Source of the DNA: Vermamoeba vermiformis
Taxonomy: Eukaryota
Length of the DNA stretch: 60,584 bases
Assembly: GCA_045837725.1 (NCBI GenBank)
Contig: JBEWZL010000201.1
Span: 62,001 to 122,584 of the forward strand
Direction: 5' to 3'
Positions 25,936-39,178 of this stretch are shown one piece after another. The notes under the pieces are model-generated. The model did no database searches. It was not told where the DNA came from and saw only the letters and a program-made list of their open reading frames with translations. Positions within the stretch are counted from its first letter, which is position 1. Each line of letters opens with the position of its first letter. The position numbers and the translations under genes were made by a program.

Positions 25936-28900
25936 TTACAAGAAACAAGCTAAGGCAATAACAAGCGATAATAGCGCGATATTGCTGCTCGTTGCCACTG
26001 TGCCCGACACTACCGCAGGTGCAACTGAAGGGCTGTTGGACACAAACGGTGCGAGAGGTGATTGGCCGCCAATGCGCGCAGCAGGCCACGTGGATGCAAA
26101 GCCAAAACCAAAGTAGAAGCCGAAGTACTTGCCCAGGCGTCCTCCGCCATTGATCTCAGGCAAGAACAATGCACCGCCCACAAACTCGTCTTCAGTCTCG
26201 GGACCTCCATAGCCTGGCTGGCCAAACAACACTCCCACGTGTTGATCACCGCGCAGTCGCACGTCATCCTGGGTCTTGTCGAGCAAAAATGATCTGCTGA
26301 ACGCACCCAGCACTTCAGCGGCGTATTCGCGCGTGGCATAATCACCATCACCTTGATCCACGCAGAACTGCAGGTTTTCAGGGTTCGGTTCACAGTCCAC
26401 AGCCGAACGAATGTAGTACAGACCCTTGCTACTCGCACGCCAGCCAACGTTCTTGATCCACTTCACCGTTTTCTTAATGTGCTCGGCGAGCTGTTCGTTG
26501 CCAGTGGCTTGGTACGCATGCCACAATCCATTCGTGAGCACACCTTGCATGAACGGTTGTGTTGGCGGCGAATTGACGAGTTCGGAAGTGTACTGTTTGA
26601 GGCCTGTAGTGCCCTGGTAGGCCTCACTCAACGTGATTTGCGTGTCACTGTCTCGTGTGCACGCGTAGCTGACCGTGTCCTGGTCGTCCCCAAGCCAACT
26701 CGTCACAAACCACACGCGATACGTGCACATGGTGTCAACGAATGTGCCGTTGATGGCTGTAACTACTGTCTGACCATTTGTGACTTGCACGACACACCGA
26801 CCATTGCACGCCATTCTATCCGGGTAGTAATTGCGCTGCGAGCCATCGGCTCTCAATGTCACCATCCACTGCTTCTCCACTGACGCGTTGATGGCGTCGA
26901 TCACTGTCTGTTTGCGCAGAGCACTGTCCTTCAAGTCGTCAGGGTACAGATGGGCGAACAATCCAGCCGCGCTTGTTGAGTATCCGTTCTCGCGAGGATC
27001 TCGATTGAAAAACAATTGACCACGGAAGTCTACCTGCAGTCGTGGAACAACTTCGTAGTTGATGTAATTATTCCAGATGAATTCCCACAGATCCGGTCGG
27101 CCGTCCAATGCACGCAACATAATTCCTGCTACTGCACGTACTCTCGGTGCGTAAGAATTGTACAGATTAGCACCGACGCCAAATATCCGATAATAATCAT
27201 TCGAGGGGTGTTCGATGAAGTTGTCGGCTAAATATCTCGCGTAATCTCGATACAGTTCGAATCCACTGCGATAATAGAGCGCATAATGAGCGAGAACATT
27301 GTCATAGTAGTTGACGTTGTCGCCACCGCCGCAGAATCGGAAGAACTCGTTGTAGGACAGCTTGCCATAGCTTGCCTGCGTCACGTTAGGTCCGTCCCAC
27401 GCGCCTTGACCGATGGACTGGCCCAAGATCATTTGTGTTGCCGTGCATGACCGCGCGAACGCGAATCGGAATCTGTAGCCAGGAGTGATGCCAGTGGTGA
27501 CTGCAGGGTCTTCGTATCTAATAGCAATCGCATCGCCCTGGCCCTGCGGATCGCACGAAAAATCTTGCGCGAAGTTGGTGCCTTCGCCAGTAATCACGCT
27601 CGAATCTGTATCAACAGACACTGTCCCCGGCAACAAATTTCTCCAGGTCGGCTTCCAGTCACCATTCATCAGACGATTGCCGTAGAAGTTAGACATAGCC
27701 TGGTGTCTGTTGTCCAAAAAGGGCCACACACTCTTGCCGAATGCGATCATCGGGCCGTACACGCCGTTCAAGTACTCGTGCTCGGGCTCATATATCACCA
27801 CACCATTGTCGTCCATAGTCACTGCTCCGAACGCAAAGTCCGTTTCACCTTGCAGGCCCAGTGCACTGGTGACTTGCAGGGTGACCACGTAAGTGCCGAA
27901 CTTGACGTTGGTGACAGTCGGTTGTGCAAGTGTATCGTCGTCAAAAGATAATGTAGAGGGGCCGTTCTTGTGAGTCCACTTGAATTTCAATGGTTCAAGT
28001 TCATCGCTGAACGAGCCTGTGCCGTCAAGTTTGTTCGGATGTGCTGCACGCAAGGAGATCCACGACGAATAAGCTGTCCTGCCTTCAGTCACAGCCACTG
28101 CAATAGGACTCAGATCGGGTGTGTCAACAAATTCTGTGTTTGAAAATGTAATAGGCATGTCATAGCTGCTACGTGTGTTGCCGTTGTTGTCGAAGAGCCA
28201 ATCCCCGAGATCTGCCAGATTTGAAGCACGAGGTCTTGGAGCATTGATGCCCAGTGAACTGTTATGTAACTTGAGCCAAGCGATGTTGAATTTGCCTCCT
28301 GTCTCGCTCCAAGGCTTCAAAAGGTAATTGTTCGTACTGCCCAGGACAGCCGCCCCAGCCAGGGTTTTAAATTGAGCCTCGTCGATTATAGCACCTTCGT
28401 TGCCTGTGCTGTATGAATAATTTCCAGATGAAGTGTCCCATAATTCAAGCCAAACTCGTTTTGAATCTAGATCACGCGTGTACCGAACCAACACATCCGT
28501 CGAAAAATCCAGAGGCATGCAAATCTCGTTGCCATAAGAGTTCATAACATCCATATTGCTTCTCTCGCATAGTTTGTTGTCGTTCCGCAGAAAGAGGGAG
28601 ACGAGTTTCGAGATGCCGATCTGGTCTTCCGTTAGTTCCAGGATTGAACTTGCACCGCTCGAGGGCAAAATCCAATCATGCATTCTAAATTCAACTCTTA
28701 GCGATCCCAAGGAATTGAACGGAGGGGAGTCTGGTACGGTGAATGAAGCTTTACCAGCTCCGCTAATTTGTAGAGATTGATTGGCATCTGTTTGCCGGTA
28801 CCTGTAAATAATATAAGATGGTAAATTAGCGTTTATTATTTTCCAGGGACTGAATATTCAATTTTATTAAATGATAAATGTAACTTACAACCAGAAGGCT

Positions 28901-28947
28901 ATATAAAATAAAAGAATCGAGCGCCACCTGCTGTTATGCATCTTCAT
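25936..28947 (-). CDS. ~975-aa secreted, probably GPI/TM-anchored protein of bacterial character (PKD-like domain, phage-tail-like beta repeats, helical barrel-like region)
   Basis: Exon 1 (28947-28889, MKMHNSRWRSILLFYIAFW) is spliced across intron 28888-28802 in frame to a 2.87-kb uninterrupted exon; PKD-like LDGTGSFS…FKWTHKNGP…GTYVVTLQVT; hydrophobic C-terminus IALLSLVIALACFL after an S/P/A-rich linker. Confidence 0.85.
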
Positions 28948-29317
28948 CTAGTTGAGGATTATAACGGTACCAACGCCAACATTTTGGCGAGCCTGACGAA
29001 CTTACGCCTCCGCGCGTGTTTTTTTAATTGTTACAGTCGTAGCAACCCTCTATACTGATCGATTGGTTTCATGAAATTTTGATGTATGAGTTATAATCAA
29101 ATTAAGACTGCATCTACGGCTCATAATGGCAACGAGATCAGATCCATGCTTGTAGGACTTTAATTTCTCCATTTAAAAATCGCAGCTGATAAATTAATTA
29201 TACTTCGTATAAATTCAATATGGCCTAATGTCCATCTAATGAGCTTTATCATTGTGGTACCGAGCTTGTGTCGGACGGGAGTTGCCTTATTTGTTCGAAT
29301 TTTTCAAGGTGTAAGCA

Positions 29318-32300
29318 ATGTCACGCAAAGCTAATCCTAAGAAAGCAGCTGACAAGCCCGAAAAGGTGCTTGAACAGCTCTTTACTTGGGCTAAATCGGT
29401 GGTGGCTGGTTATCCTGGCGTAAATCTGACAAATTGGGAAAAAAGCTGGCAAAATGGGTACGTTAAATTATTAAAGTATTTCTTATATGTCGATCATCTT
29501 TAAATTGGAGCATTGCCACAAAATTTAATTAATTTAATTAAAAAAATATTCAGATATTTATTGTGTTTGACTCAACACGTTATTAACGATTGTCTTTATT
29601 ATAGATTGGCCTTTTGCGCAATTGTCCATAACTACCACCCCGAATTAATCGATTTTGAGTCGTTAGATCCGAAAGATTGTATTAAAAATTGCGACATTGC
29701 TTTCGATGCAGCAGAAAAAGTAGGCGTGGCTAAATTATTAAGCGGAGATGATATTGGTGTCTACCCTGAAAAGCGCAGTATTCAAACATACGTTTCGTTG
29801 TAAGTAAAAATCAGATGCAATTTCCGATCTGAATACGTGTTTAATTCGATCTCGTTATTAATCGTGAAAATATCATTAATTAACATTTTATAGTATGCGA
29901 AATCATTTCCAAGGCAAACCTCTTCGCGGACGAGGCAAATCCGCCGGAAGCACCCCTGAAAAAGCCTTAGGAGGCGAGATCGCGTCACTTTTGGCAGGAA
30001 AAAATATTTTTATTACACCAACAGCCTCACCAAATACATCGCAACAAAATATTAAAGTGCCTGAAGAAAGTTTGAGCAGATCCGACAGTCAACAGAGCGT
30101 TAGTGGCAGCGAAACACCAAAATCAGCCGATAATTCAACCAATACATCGCTTGCTTCGAGTACTAACGAGGCTCCTGCGGCTAATCAAGAAGGTACGTAT
30201 TCAATTCATTAACTGTTTGCGATTTCGGATGTGATTCGTACAACGCATCATTAATTATTATATATATAGAACCATCTTTGGACACTCTTATTTCACCACG
30301 CAGCGAGAAGTTGGTTCACGTAAGCAATTTAATTAAATTATATCGAGTAAATCTTACTTATACTCCAATTATAGCCCACTGCTTCGCGACCCAAACCAGC
30401 GCGTACTACGAGCAAAAGAGTACGTTATTTATTTGCAATTAACGATACTTAAATTACTTAATCGTCAAACGCGGAAATTAATTTTAATTATTTAGGCTCG
30501 TGGCGAAGAGGAGACTTCCCTCGACACATCAGACGTAAGTCAATAATACTAATAATAACATAGTATTGGTGCTATGAACACAATATTTATCATTCCATTG
30601 CAGTCCCAATCAGCTTCAGAAGAGAAGTCCTCCGAACCCGTCGATGAATCTCCACGCACGGAAGAAGAAGACCAAGAGCCCAAAAAACGACCTCCTGTCG
30701 GTGGCGTTTCCTTATTTGGCAATTTCGATCCGAAGAATGTCAAACTGCGATCATCGCAACAAGGCGGGAACTCAAAGCGCGACAGCGGCAAAGTGTCATT
30801 CAGCCTGTCAGACGAAGAAAGTGTCAAAGTCAAAAAGTTACTCGCACAGCTCAATGCTGTCAAACACGCGCTGTCTAGTCGCGACTCGCAAGATCACGTG
30901 GACCAGATCCGCAGACAATTGTCGACTGATTTCAACATTGAGTTGGCGAACAATAACAACGAGGTCGAATCAGTCGATGAGAAGCCCTCGGCTGAAGCTG
31001 AACGTGCTGAGATTGCACGGTTGCGTGCCGAGCTTGAAGAGGTATACCCGTTCATGAATGATAAGGTTGAGGTCTACGTATCTAATTAATTTATCTCTAG
31101 GAACGTCGTCAATTGGCCGCTGAGCGTAAACAACTCGACGAAGACAGAAAACGAGAGACCGAAGCACTGCATCATGAACTCGAAAAACTGCGTCAAGAGA
31201 ACGAAAAGTTGAAAAAACTCGAAGAGACTCGTGCTGCCAATGTCGAACAACAAGCACGCGAAGAGGTACATTCGATCAATTTACTTCAATTAATCACTAT
31301 CTAATAATACGGTGTCAGGCTGAGAAATTGAAGCAGTGGGAGGAAAGATTGAAGTTGCGCGAAGAAGAATTTGAACGTCAATCAGGCCTCTATCAAATGC
31401 AGCTCGTTGAAACTTACACCAAAAAAGCGCAAGAACAATTCGAGGAACAGAAAAAGATCTTGGCGCAACAAATCGAACAAAATGTCAAAGCCGAGTACGA
31501 CAAGATTATCGACGAAGAGCGCCTGTTGTTGAAGTACGTATACTTTTACTAAATAAGGAAATGTATTGTATACTTATTTCCTAATTAGGCAAGAGCAAGC
31601 TAAGATTACACAACGTGAACTCGAGCACGACAAATACTTGGAAAATGAGCGCAGTGTGCTGCAACAGGAGCGCAAACGATTGTTGGAACTCGAACAGCGT
31701 TTGAACGAAGAACACGTGCAGACCATGGACGAAGAGCGACATCGTTTGGAGGCTGAAAAGAATGCAAAGATTCAAGAATTCGAAGAACATTTGCGTAGCG
31801 AATTGAGCACGATCAAGTCTGAAAATGAAGAGCGCATCCAACGCGACAAAAAGGAGCACGAAGCTTTTATGTTAGAAGAGCGCAACAAATTGAAAGACAT
31901 TGAAAGCGAATTGAACTACGAGAAACAACTCTTATTGAACACCAAGGAGCAGTTTGATCACGGTAATTTTATCAATTTTATTATCGGTTTCACTGAACGA
32001 GTGATTAACGCTTTGTATTTGCAGCCAAAGAACAAGTCGGCGAAGAAAAGAAGGCACTCGAACAAGAGAAACAAGTCTCTGAAAATCTCAAGACTGAAGC
32101 CACACAGCAACAAAAACTCGTTGAAGAGCTGCAACACTCAGTCAACGAGAACTACGACAAGAACAATGCAGCTCTGCAACAAGAACGAGAGCGCATTGAA
32201 CAAGAAAAGCAACAAGTTGAAGCCGAGAAACAAAAGGCCAGTGAAGAGAAATCACGCTTGGAAGAAGAGGCCAGTCAACTGCAAGTAGCCAAAGATCAGC

Positions 32301-35300
32301 TCGAAGTTGAACGCAATTTGATTATGGCGACTAAAGAGGTATATCTAACATTGCCACTATTTATTACAAACTTGCCTAATTTGGGAATATTAAGGGCGAG
32401 ACGAAAGAACTGATCGAGAATTATTTCACGCAAGTCAAAGATATGGTGAGCAAATTGCAAGGCGAGACGAGTGAATTGAAGCAAAGTCTGGCCACGACTC
32501 AACGCACCAATTCCAAGTACGAGAATGAAATTTCAGAATTGAAGAAACAGTTGCAAGAACAAACAGCGCTCACTGCGACATTGAGATCTGAACTCGATTC
32601 GTTCACGAACATTAAATTGAAGCAAAGCTTGATCGAACTCAATGCCCAAAATTGGGAAAATTTCAATTCGCAGCAACAAAAGACCGCTCAACAAGTCAAA
32701 ACAGATCTGTCAGAACTCGAAGGCAAATTGACACGTGCCATTGAAAACAAACTTTTGGACCTCAAATCTGACAGCACAACAGCTGCCTCGTTCAATGTCG
32801 ATGAAGTCGTTGAAAAACAAAACATTCGCCTGCGCGAGTTTGAGCTCGAGATGAGAGACACCATCGACTCTAAACTTTCCAAATTAGGAAGAGATGTTGA
32901 CAACAAATACGGTACGGGCATATTATGCGATATTTAGTTTGACATTATTTTTGCGGATACCTTTTATGACACTTTTTGACACTTTGACACTTCAGAGGAC
33001 TTGTCAAAGGCTGAGACCGACCTCTTGTCTCTCGTGCAACAATTGAGCCGTCAACAGACCTCGTTGTCAGAGTACGTCAAACAGCGCGAAGAATTCGATT
33101 CTGAAGAACAAAAACGACTGCAAATTGAGAAACAGAGCCGTCGTGCTGAGAAACAACGCTTGGCTGAATTGGAATCTGAACGACAGAAGTTGGAGTTCAA
33201 CAAGAACATCAAGTACGTTGTGCCTAGTGTTTGAGTATTTTAACACGAGCTAATGCTGTTTGTTAGGACGATGTTGGAGACCATCGACGAGCACTTGGAG
33301 CGCAAGTACGCCGAACTGTACAAATTAGTGGAGTCTGGCAATATACCACGTGACACGACACCTGTCAAAGCTGAAGTCGTTAGCAATGGTACTGACAAGA
33401 AACACGTCGATGACAAGGCACGTCAGCAGAAACAAGCAGAAGAAGCACGCTTGAAGAAAGAGCAAGAAGAGAAGGCCAAGCAAGAGGAGGCTAAGCGCGC
33501 TCAAGAGCAAAAAGAGCAAGCTGCTACCAAGGCCCAAAAAGAGAAGGAAGAGAAGCAGCGCCAAGCTCAACTTCAAAAGGAGAAAGAAGAGGCCAAGAAG
33601 CGTCAACAAGAGGAGGAAAAGAAGCGTCAAGAGGAGGCCAAGAAGAAACAAGAAGAAGAGAAACGACAGCAGGAAGAGAAAAAGAAACAAGAAGAGGCCA
33701 AGAAACGACAACAAGAAGAAGAGAAGAAAAAACAAGAGGCCAAGAAACAACAAGAAGCTGCTGAACGTAAGCGCCAAGAAGAGGAGAAAAAGCGTCAAGA
33801 GGAGGCTAAGAAGCGCCAACAAGAAGAAGACAAGAAGCGTCTAGAGGAGGCCAAGAAAGTGGAGCAACAAAAGAGTGCTGCCACCGATGACGGAACTGAC
33901 GCTGAGACCCTTCGTGCCCGTCAAAAAGAACTCACTCAACAGCGCACTGGTCAAAGTGCCTATCAAAAGCAACAAATGCTCGCTACCAAGAAGAAGCAAG
34001 ACGATGCCAAGCGCGAACAAGAGTTGGAGAGACAACGTCAAGAGCTGATTGCCAAACAAGCTGCTGACGACGACAAGAAGCTGCAAGAAGAGGAGGCTGC
34101 ACGAAAGAAACAGGCTGCAGAGGAAGAGCAGCGCCAGCAAGAAGCGGCACGCAAGCTACTCGAAGCCAAGCAGCGCGAGGAAGAACGCCGTCAAGCTGAT
34201 ATTAAAAAGCAGCAAGAAGAAGAATCGCAAGGCTGCTGAGACCAAGAAAAAACAGCAAGAAGAGCGCAAGGCTGCTGAGGCCAATAAAAAGCAGCAAGAA
34301 GAAGAGACTAAACGAGTTGAAGCTGAGAAGAAGCAGCAAGAAGAAGAGACTAAACGAGTTGAAGCTGAGAAGAAACAACGCGACGAGGAAGAACGTCGTG
34401 CCCGCGAACAGAAACAGCGCGAAGAAGACGAGAGACGCAAGGCTGAGGAGAAAAAGAAGGCCGAAGCAGAGAAACAGCGCCAAGAGGAACTGAAACGTCA
34501 AGAAGAAGAGCGCAAACTGCAAGAACAAAAGCAGCGCGAAGAAGAGGAAAAACGAGCACGCGAACAAAAGCAGCGCGAAGAGGAAGAGAAGCGCAAAGCT
34601 GAAGAAGCGAAAAAGAAGGCTGAAGAAGAGAGACAGCGACAAGAGGAGCAGAAGCGCAAGAAGAAGAAGAGAAAAAGAAACAAGAAGAGGCACGCAAGGT
34701 CGAAGAAGAAAAGAGACTGCGCGCTGAAAATGAGAAGTTGGTCGGTCAAAAGACTGCGGCAAAGTCAACCATGGAAGAATTGTTTGGCTCCAGCACTGCC
34801 ACATCATCGGCTAAGACTTCAGGCACTGGATCTGGTGCTAAGAAGAGCCTATTTGACGATGACGATGACTTCGACTCGCTATTTCAGAGGTATGTTTCAA
34901 CTTTTTAAATTTGATCTGGGATTAGATCACGATCATGAATTGGAGGACTTCAATCATCGGATTAATTTTATGGCACCATTTTAATTATTATTGCTATTCG
35001 CGGCGGAATATGAATTATTACCCTGTCAGATGTCAAAATAATATCTTATTCATCCGAGTTTAACACGGTGACATCTTAAATTTTATTCCTCAATAAGAAT
35101 CAAAGTTGGGACAGTTAAAATTTATACCAAGATCATTGTAGGATATTCAATTCACCATGAATTAATTTAATTTATCCTGATCTATTTATAACCCATTTTA
35201 TTTTTAGTCCTGCCAAGAAGACAGATACCGCGGCTAAATCTCAAACACCAGCCAAGAAGACATCGCTGTTTGATGACGACGACGATTTGGATACTTTGTT

Positions 35301-35391
35301 CAAGTCACCCTCGCAAAAGAAAGCTCAAACCCCGGCCAAGAAGGACGCCAAGTCGTTGTTGGACAAGATCGACTCGATATTTGACGATTAA
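29318..35391 (+). CDS. Large scaffold: calponin-homology domain, CPI motif, coiled coil, ER/K single-alpha-helix, C-terminal LF-acidic motifs; two 1-nt frameshifts (~34224, ~34658)
   Basis: CH domain LFTWAKSVVAGYPGVNLTNWEKSWQNG|LAFCAIVHNYHPELIDF…AFDAAEKVGVAKLL; LVH|PTASRPK; long E/K/R/Q tract 33400-34740; KKSLFDDDDDFDSLF, KKTSLFDDDDDLDTLF and final SIFDD*. Confidence 0.85.
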
Positions 35392-36133
35392 TAGCTGGCG
35401 AGCAAGAATTTAAGTAAATATTCGGTTTTGTTTGTATGTTTGTATTTCCCCTCGGTAGTACAACGTTATTGAAGAGACGAGCTAACTCGCGCTTTCGAAG
35501 CAAGCTCCTCCAAGGTATGGACCGTAGCCTGAGTAAATAATGCTCTACTTTGTCTCGTGACGACGCTAAATACAAGAGAATCCAGTTTGACTTATTAGGT
35601 TAAGTGAAAACTCAATTGACCAATCATTGCGTTGCCAAATTATTTACTTGTAGATTGCTTTAATTTCGCGGAGACTTCGCAATCACATGAAATTGAATTA
35701 AATTAAAGATACGCCATTTGATTGCACTTCCATTTTCACTGAAGAACTTTACCGTGGAACTTTTTGAAATGTCTTATGTAACCTGTCAATACTTGAAGGG
35801 GATTATAGAACGTGAGGCACTGGGCTACAAATCCCAATTCTCAAAGTCTATAAATAGTAATTCAAGTTTCCAGCGCGCAATAACAGCGGACAAATTCGGA
35901 TGCATGATACTGCTTACTGAATCTGCCTGCAAGTTTGCTCGAGGAAGATGTCGTTTGAGTAGTTATGACATATATAATGAGTACACCGTAATTAAAATTA
36001 ATTGGTGACATGCACGTGTCAAAAGCGTCATCAAAGATTGTGTTCCAAACTTTTATTTTCCTATTCTCTTTTAAACCTTGTGAATAACACCACGTCTCTT
36101 ATTTATTTATTGTAAATACTTTGTATATTAATC

Positions 36134-37865
36134 ATGGGCTGCGCATTACCCAAGTTCGGAGATTTTTCCTACACTAGCGAGGAAGATCAACTTCAAAACT
36201 TCAGCATCTTGCTTTTAGGTCTTTATGGCAGCGGAAAAACGACTATAAGCAAGCAAATCTTCGTACGTGCACTACGCTGTATTATATACGAGTCAATTTT
36301 ATTAATTTTTTTGGCGCCAGCTATCCCTCGTTGGAGATCTTACTCGAGAGGAGAAAGAAAACATCAGAAACATTATTCGAAGTAATATACTGTTCGTTAC
36401 TCAACAGGTAAGTGAATTGCCCTCGCGTTTTAATGTTTTATAAATCCACAAGTTTATGTTTGTGTCTTTCATTTTACTAACGGTTACTTTAGGTTCTCAA
36501 ATACGCTGAGACTCATAAAGATGTATATAAAATTACTCGAAGGTAAGTTGATCCCCGCTTGGAGGAGCGCTCCGAAGTTTATAGTTTAGAAATTTCCAAT
36601 TAGCCTGATCCAGCATTATCGCAAACCGCATCATAAAGTAAACAAGTACCTAATGCGCTTCTAACTACAGGGATCGCAAAGCAAGCACAATTATAACGAC
36701 TATTGGCAACATCTACGATCCCAGCGTGTCAGATGACATGCTCCAAGCTGCCCGCTTTTTATGGAACAACGAACAAGTAAGTTCAAACACTTATTTATCG
36801 AATTGTTCTAACGCGATCCGCTCAGTTCCGCAAGTTAGCTGAGCAAGTTGCCTATGAAGATGCTAAAGTTATGGTTGAATATTTCAAAGATAAAATTGAC
36901 TTGATCTTTTCAAATGGTAAGTTACTGGCGCAATTTAACGTGTTACTCAGCTAAAATATCGTTTGAAATGCAATCAAAAATCAATTTATTTGGTGACCTT
37001 GTGACAGCTGACAGATCTAATTAAATTGCGAAATCAATGGTAAATGCAATTTATTAATATGTGAGCCTATTTAGATTACGTATTGACTCGCGAAGATATT
37101 CTGCATGCTCGTCACCGAACAGCTGGCATTAATCAACGCGACATTATGCTTGATGGCACGGAAGTTACACTGTTGGATGTGGGCGGTACGAAAACTCAAT
37201 CAATTAATTTCATCGACTGGTGACTAATCTATTATTAAAGGTCACATTTGCGAGCGAAAGAAGTGGCAATTGTACATAGAACGTGCCAATATGATCGTGT
37301 TTGTTGTCGCTATGGACAGCTACTGCGTGCGCAACTACGAAACTCTTGATACTTCGCGAGGAGATCGTTCAGTAAGTCTATAATAACCTATCATATATGT
37401 TACACGCGTATTAATATTTTATGTGCAGCAAAATTGTCTGGAAGCTTCACTGGAAGTGTTGGAAAAGACGATCCAAAACATGAAGGAACACAACGAAAAC
37501 AAGTCGTTGATTGTTCTTTGCAATAAGACCGACCTCTTCACTGAGAGATTAAAGCACGTCGCGTTTTCTTCTGAATTCAGCGATTACCAAGGTATGAAAA
37601 GTCGCGGTAGCAACGAATCTGTTCAAGAATTAATTTAAATTTTACAGGCGGAAACAACGTCGATGAAATTCAAGCCTATGTTACTAAGAGAATCAATGGC
37701 ATTGCTGCTCATACTGATTTCAAGACGCTGCGCGGAGTGCATTTCGTAAATGCTTTAGATTCTCGCCGAGTGGTACGAGTTATAGAAAGTGTGTATCGTA
37801 ATGTGTCAGCGCCGACATCAGAGCCTAATGATATTGTTATTCCTGCTGTCGTCCACGCTCAATAA
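36134..37865 (+). CDS. Divergent heterotrimeric G-protein alpha subunit, multi-exon
   Basis: MGC lipidation start; ILLLGLYGSGKTTISKQ, DILHARHRTAG, LLDVG|GHICERKKW, IVFVVAMDSY, IVLCNKTDLF and HFVNALD. Confidence 0.9.
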
Positions 37866-38315
37866 GGCCATTGAGAGAAAAAAACGAATCTGCCTGGAGC
37901 CTTAATCGATTAATTTGTATTGTTAGAAGCATGTAAATAAAAAAAGCGATTGATTAATAAGAAGAAAGACCTTTAATATAATCGAAAATGTTCATTCTCA
38001 CTTTTAGCTCGAGGATAACCGAATAGCGCAGGGAAAGATCCCAAGCCAAGAATGGATGGCGCGCTCTTGTTTTTCCGTCGAAGACTAGGCTAATTATCAG
38101 GTATTATTTAACATAATTATTGATATACTCGGTGCGCCGGAATACTTTAGGCGAGGATCAAGCAAAAAAACTTTCGTCGACGACACGGAATATGAATCAA
38201 AAAAATCTTAGTAAGTGTACTATTGGCTACAAAAATATTGGCGTAGATATCGCAGCGACTCATGCGAAAGTTGTCAAATCCGCACGAGATCGAAGGCAGA
38301 TTTCAAAATAATTAG

Positions 38316-39018
38316 AGGGCGAAAGATAAAAGAAGAAAATGAAGAGGGATTGCTCAACAAACAACAACCACTGCTAAAGTAAGTCGCTAGATAATTATTC
38401 AAATATTCGAAGATTCTGGCGGAATAACGTTTGTTCCGTATCTGGATCTATGCGTCATAATTTACCTCAATGAAATAATATTCTAATAGATGGCATGTAC
38501 GTGTCGCTTACCTTTTCTAATCGATATGCCCTCGTAGAACCTCCAAACAAAAAATGCTTGCAAACCAATACATTCTTCAAGATCCGACAAACCCGGATTC
38601 CAAGCGCATTAAGCGAAAGGAAGTCGAGCAAGCCCAATCTGAAGGCCACAAGAATGAGTTGCCTATAAAGGTAGAGTCAGCCGATTTGATCTCGGGACAG
38701 CACAAGGCTACCGCGGATGAGTATCTCGAAGACTTCGGCGGCATGTTCAGCAAAGTGCTAAAGAAGGGTCGTAAGTACAAAATAAGATATTTAGTTACCA
38801 TTCCGCGGCACCATTCTTAACATCTGGTATTGAAGAGATGACCAAAAACGAGATCCGATCGACGGACATTGCGCGAACTCACGAAAAGAAGCGCACGAGC
38901 AGTATCGTAAGCACGAATCAACAGGCATAAAGCCAGCGAATTACGGCATACAAAGTCCGCTGCTTGTAGAAGCAAGTTCCGTTAGCAACATTGAAAGCGG
39001 ATGTTACAAAACACCTTA
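38316..39018 (+). CDS. Hypothetical hydrophilic protein; exon structure and start unresolved
   Basis: Coding-like exon 38554-38771 ends at gtaag and is followed by an open exon to TAA ~39018; no recognisable domain. Confidence 0.35.
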
Positions 39019-39178
39019 ATATGTTGGTAATAAAGAGTTAATTAATGGTAGAATATTGTTACGGACCGGCGAAACAAAATTTTTACGTTCCGTAAGCGGC
39101 ATACGGTTCTAGAAACGTTCTTTTCAGGGCGAAAGCATTCCGTTTCCCCTGTTTTGGGCGAAAATCCTTCGCAAAATA

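Noticed and set aside
25936-28947. Bacterial contamination or chimeric assembly as the explanation for the bacterial-like gene
   Set aside because: It has an in-frame spliceosomal intron and a eukaryote-style signal and anchor, and it sits tightly between intron-containing genes (48 bp from the DJ-1 stop codon).
33325-34807. Long Leu/Phe-rich minus-strand ORFs
   Set aside because: Antisense shadows of the GAA/AAG/CAA-rich SAH coding tract.
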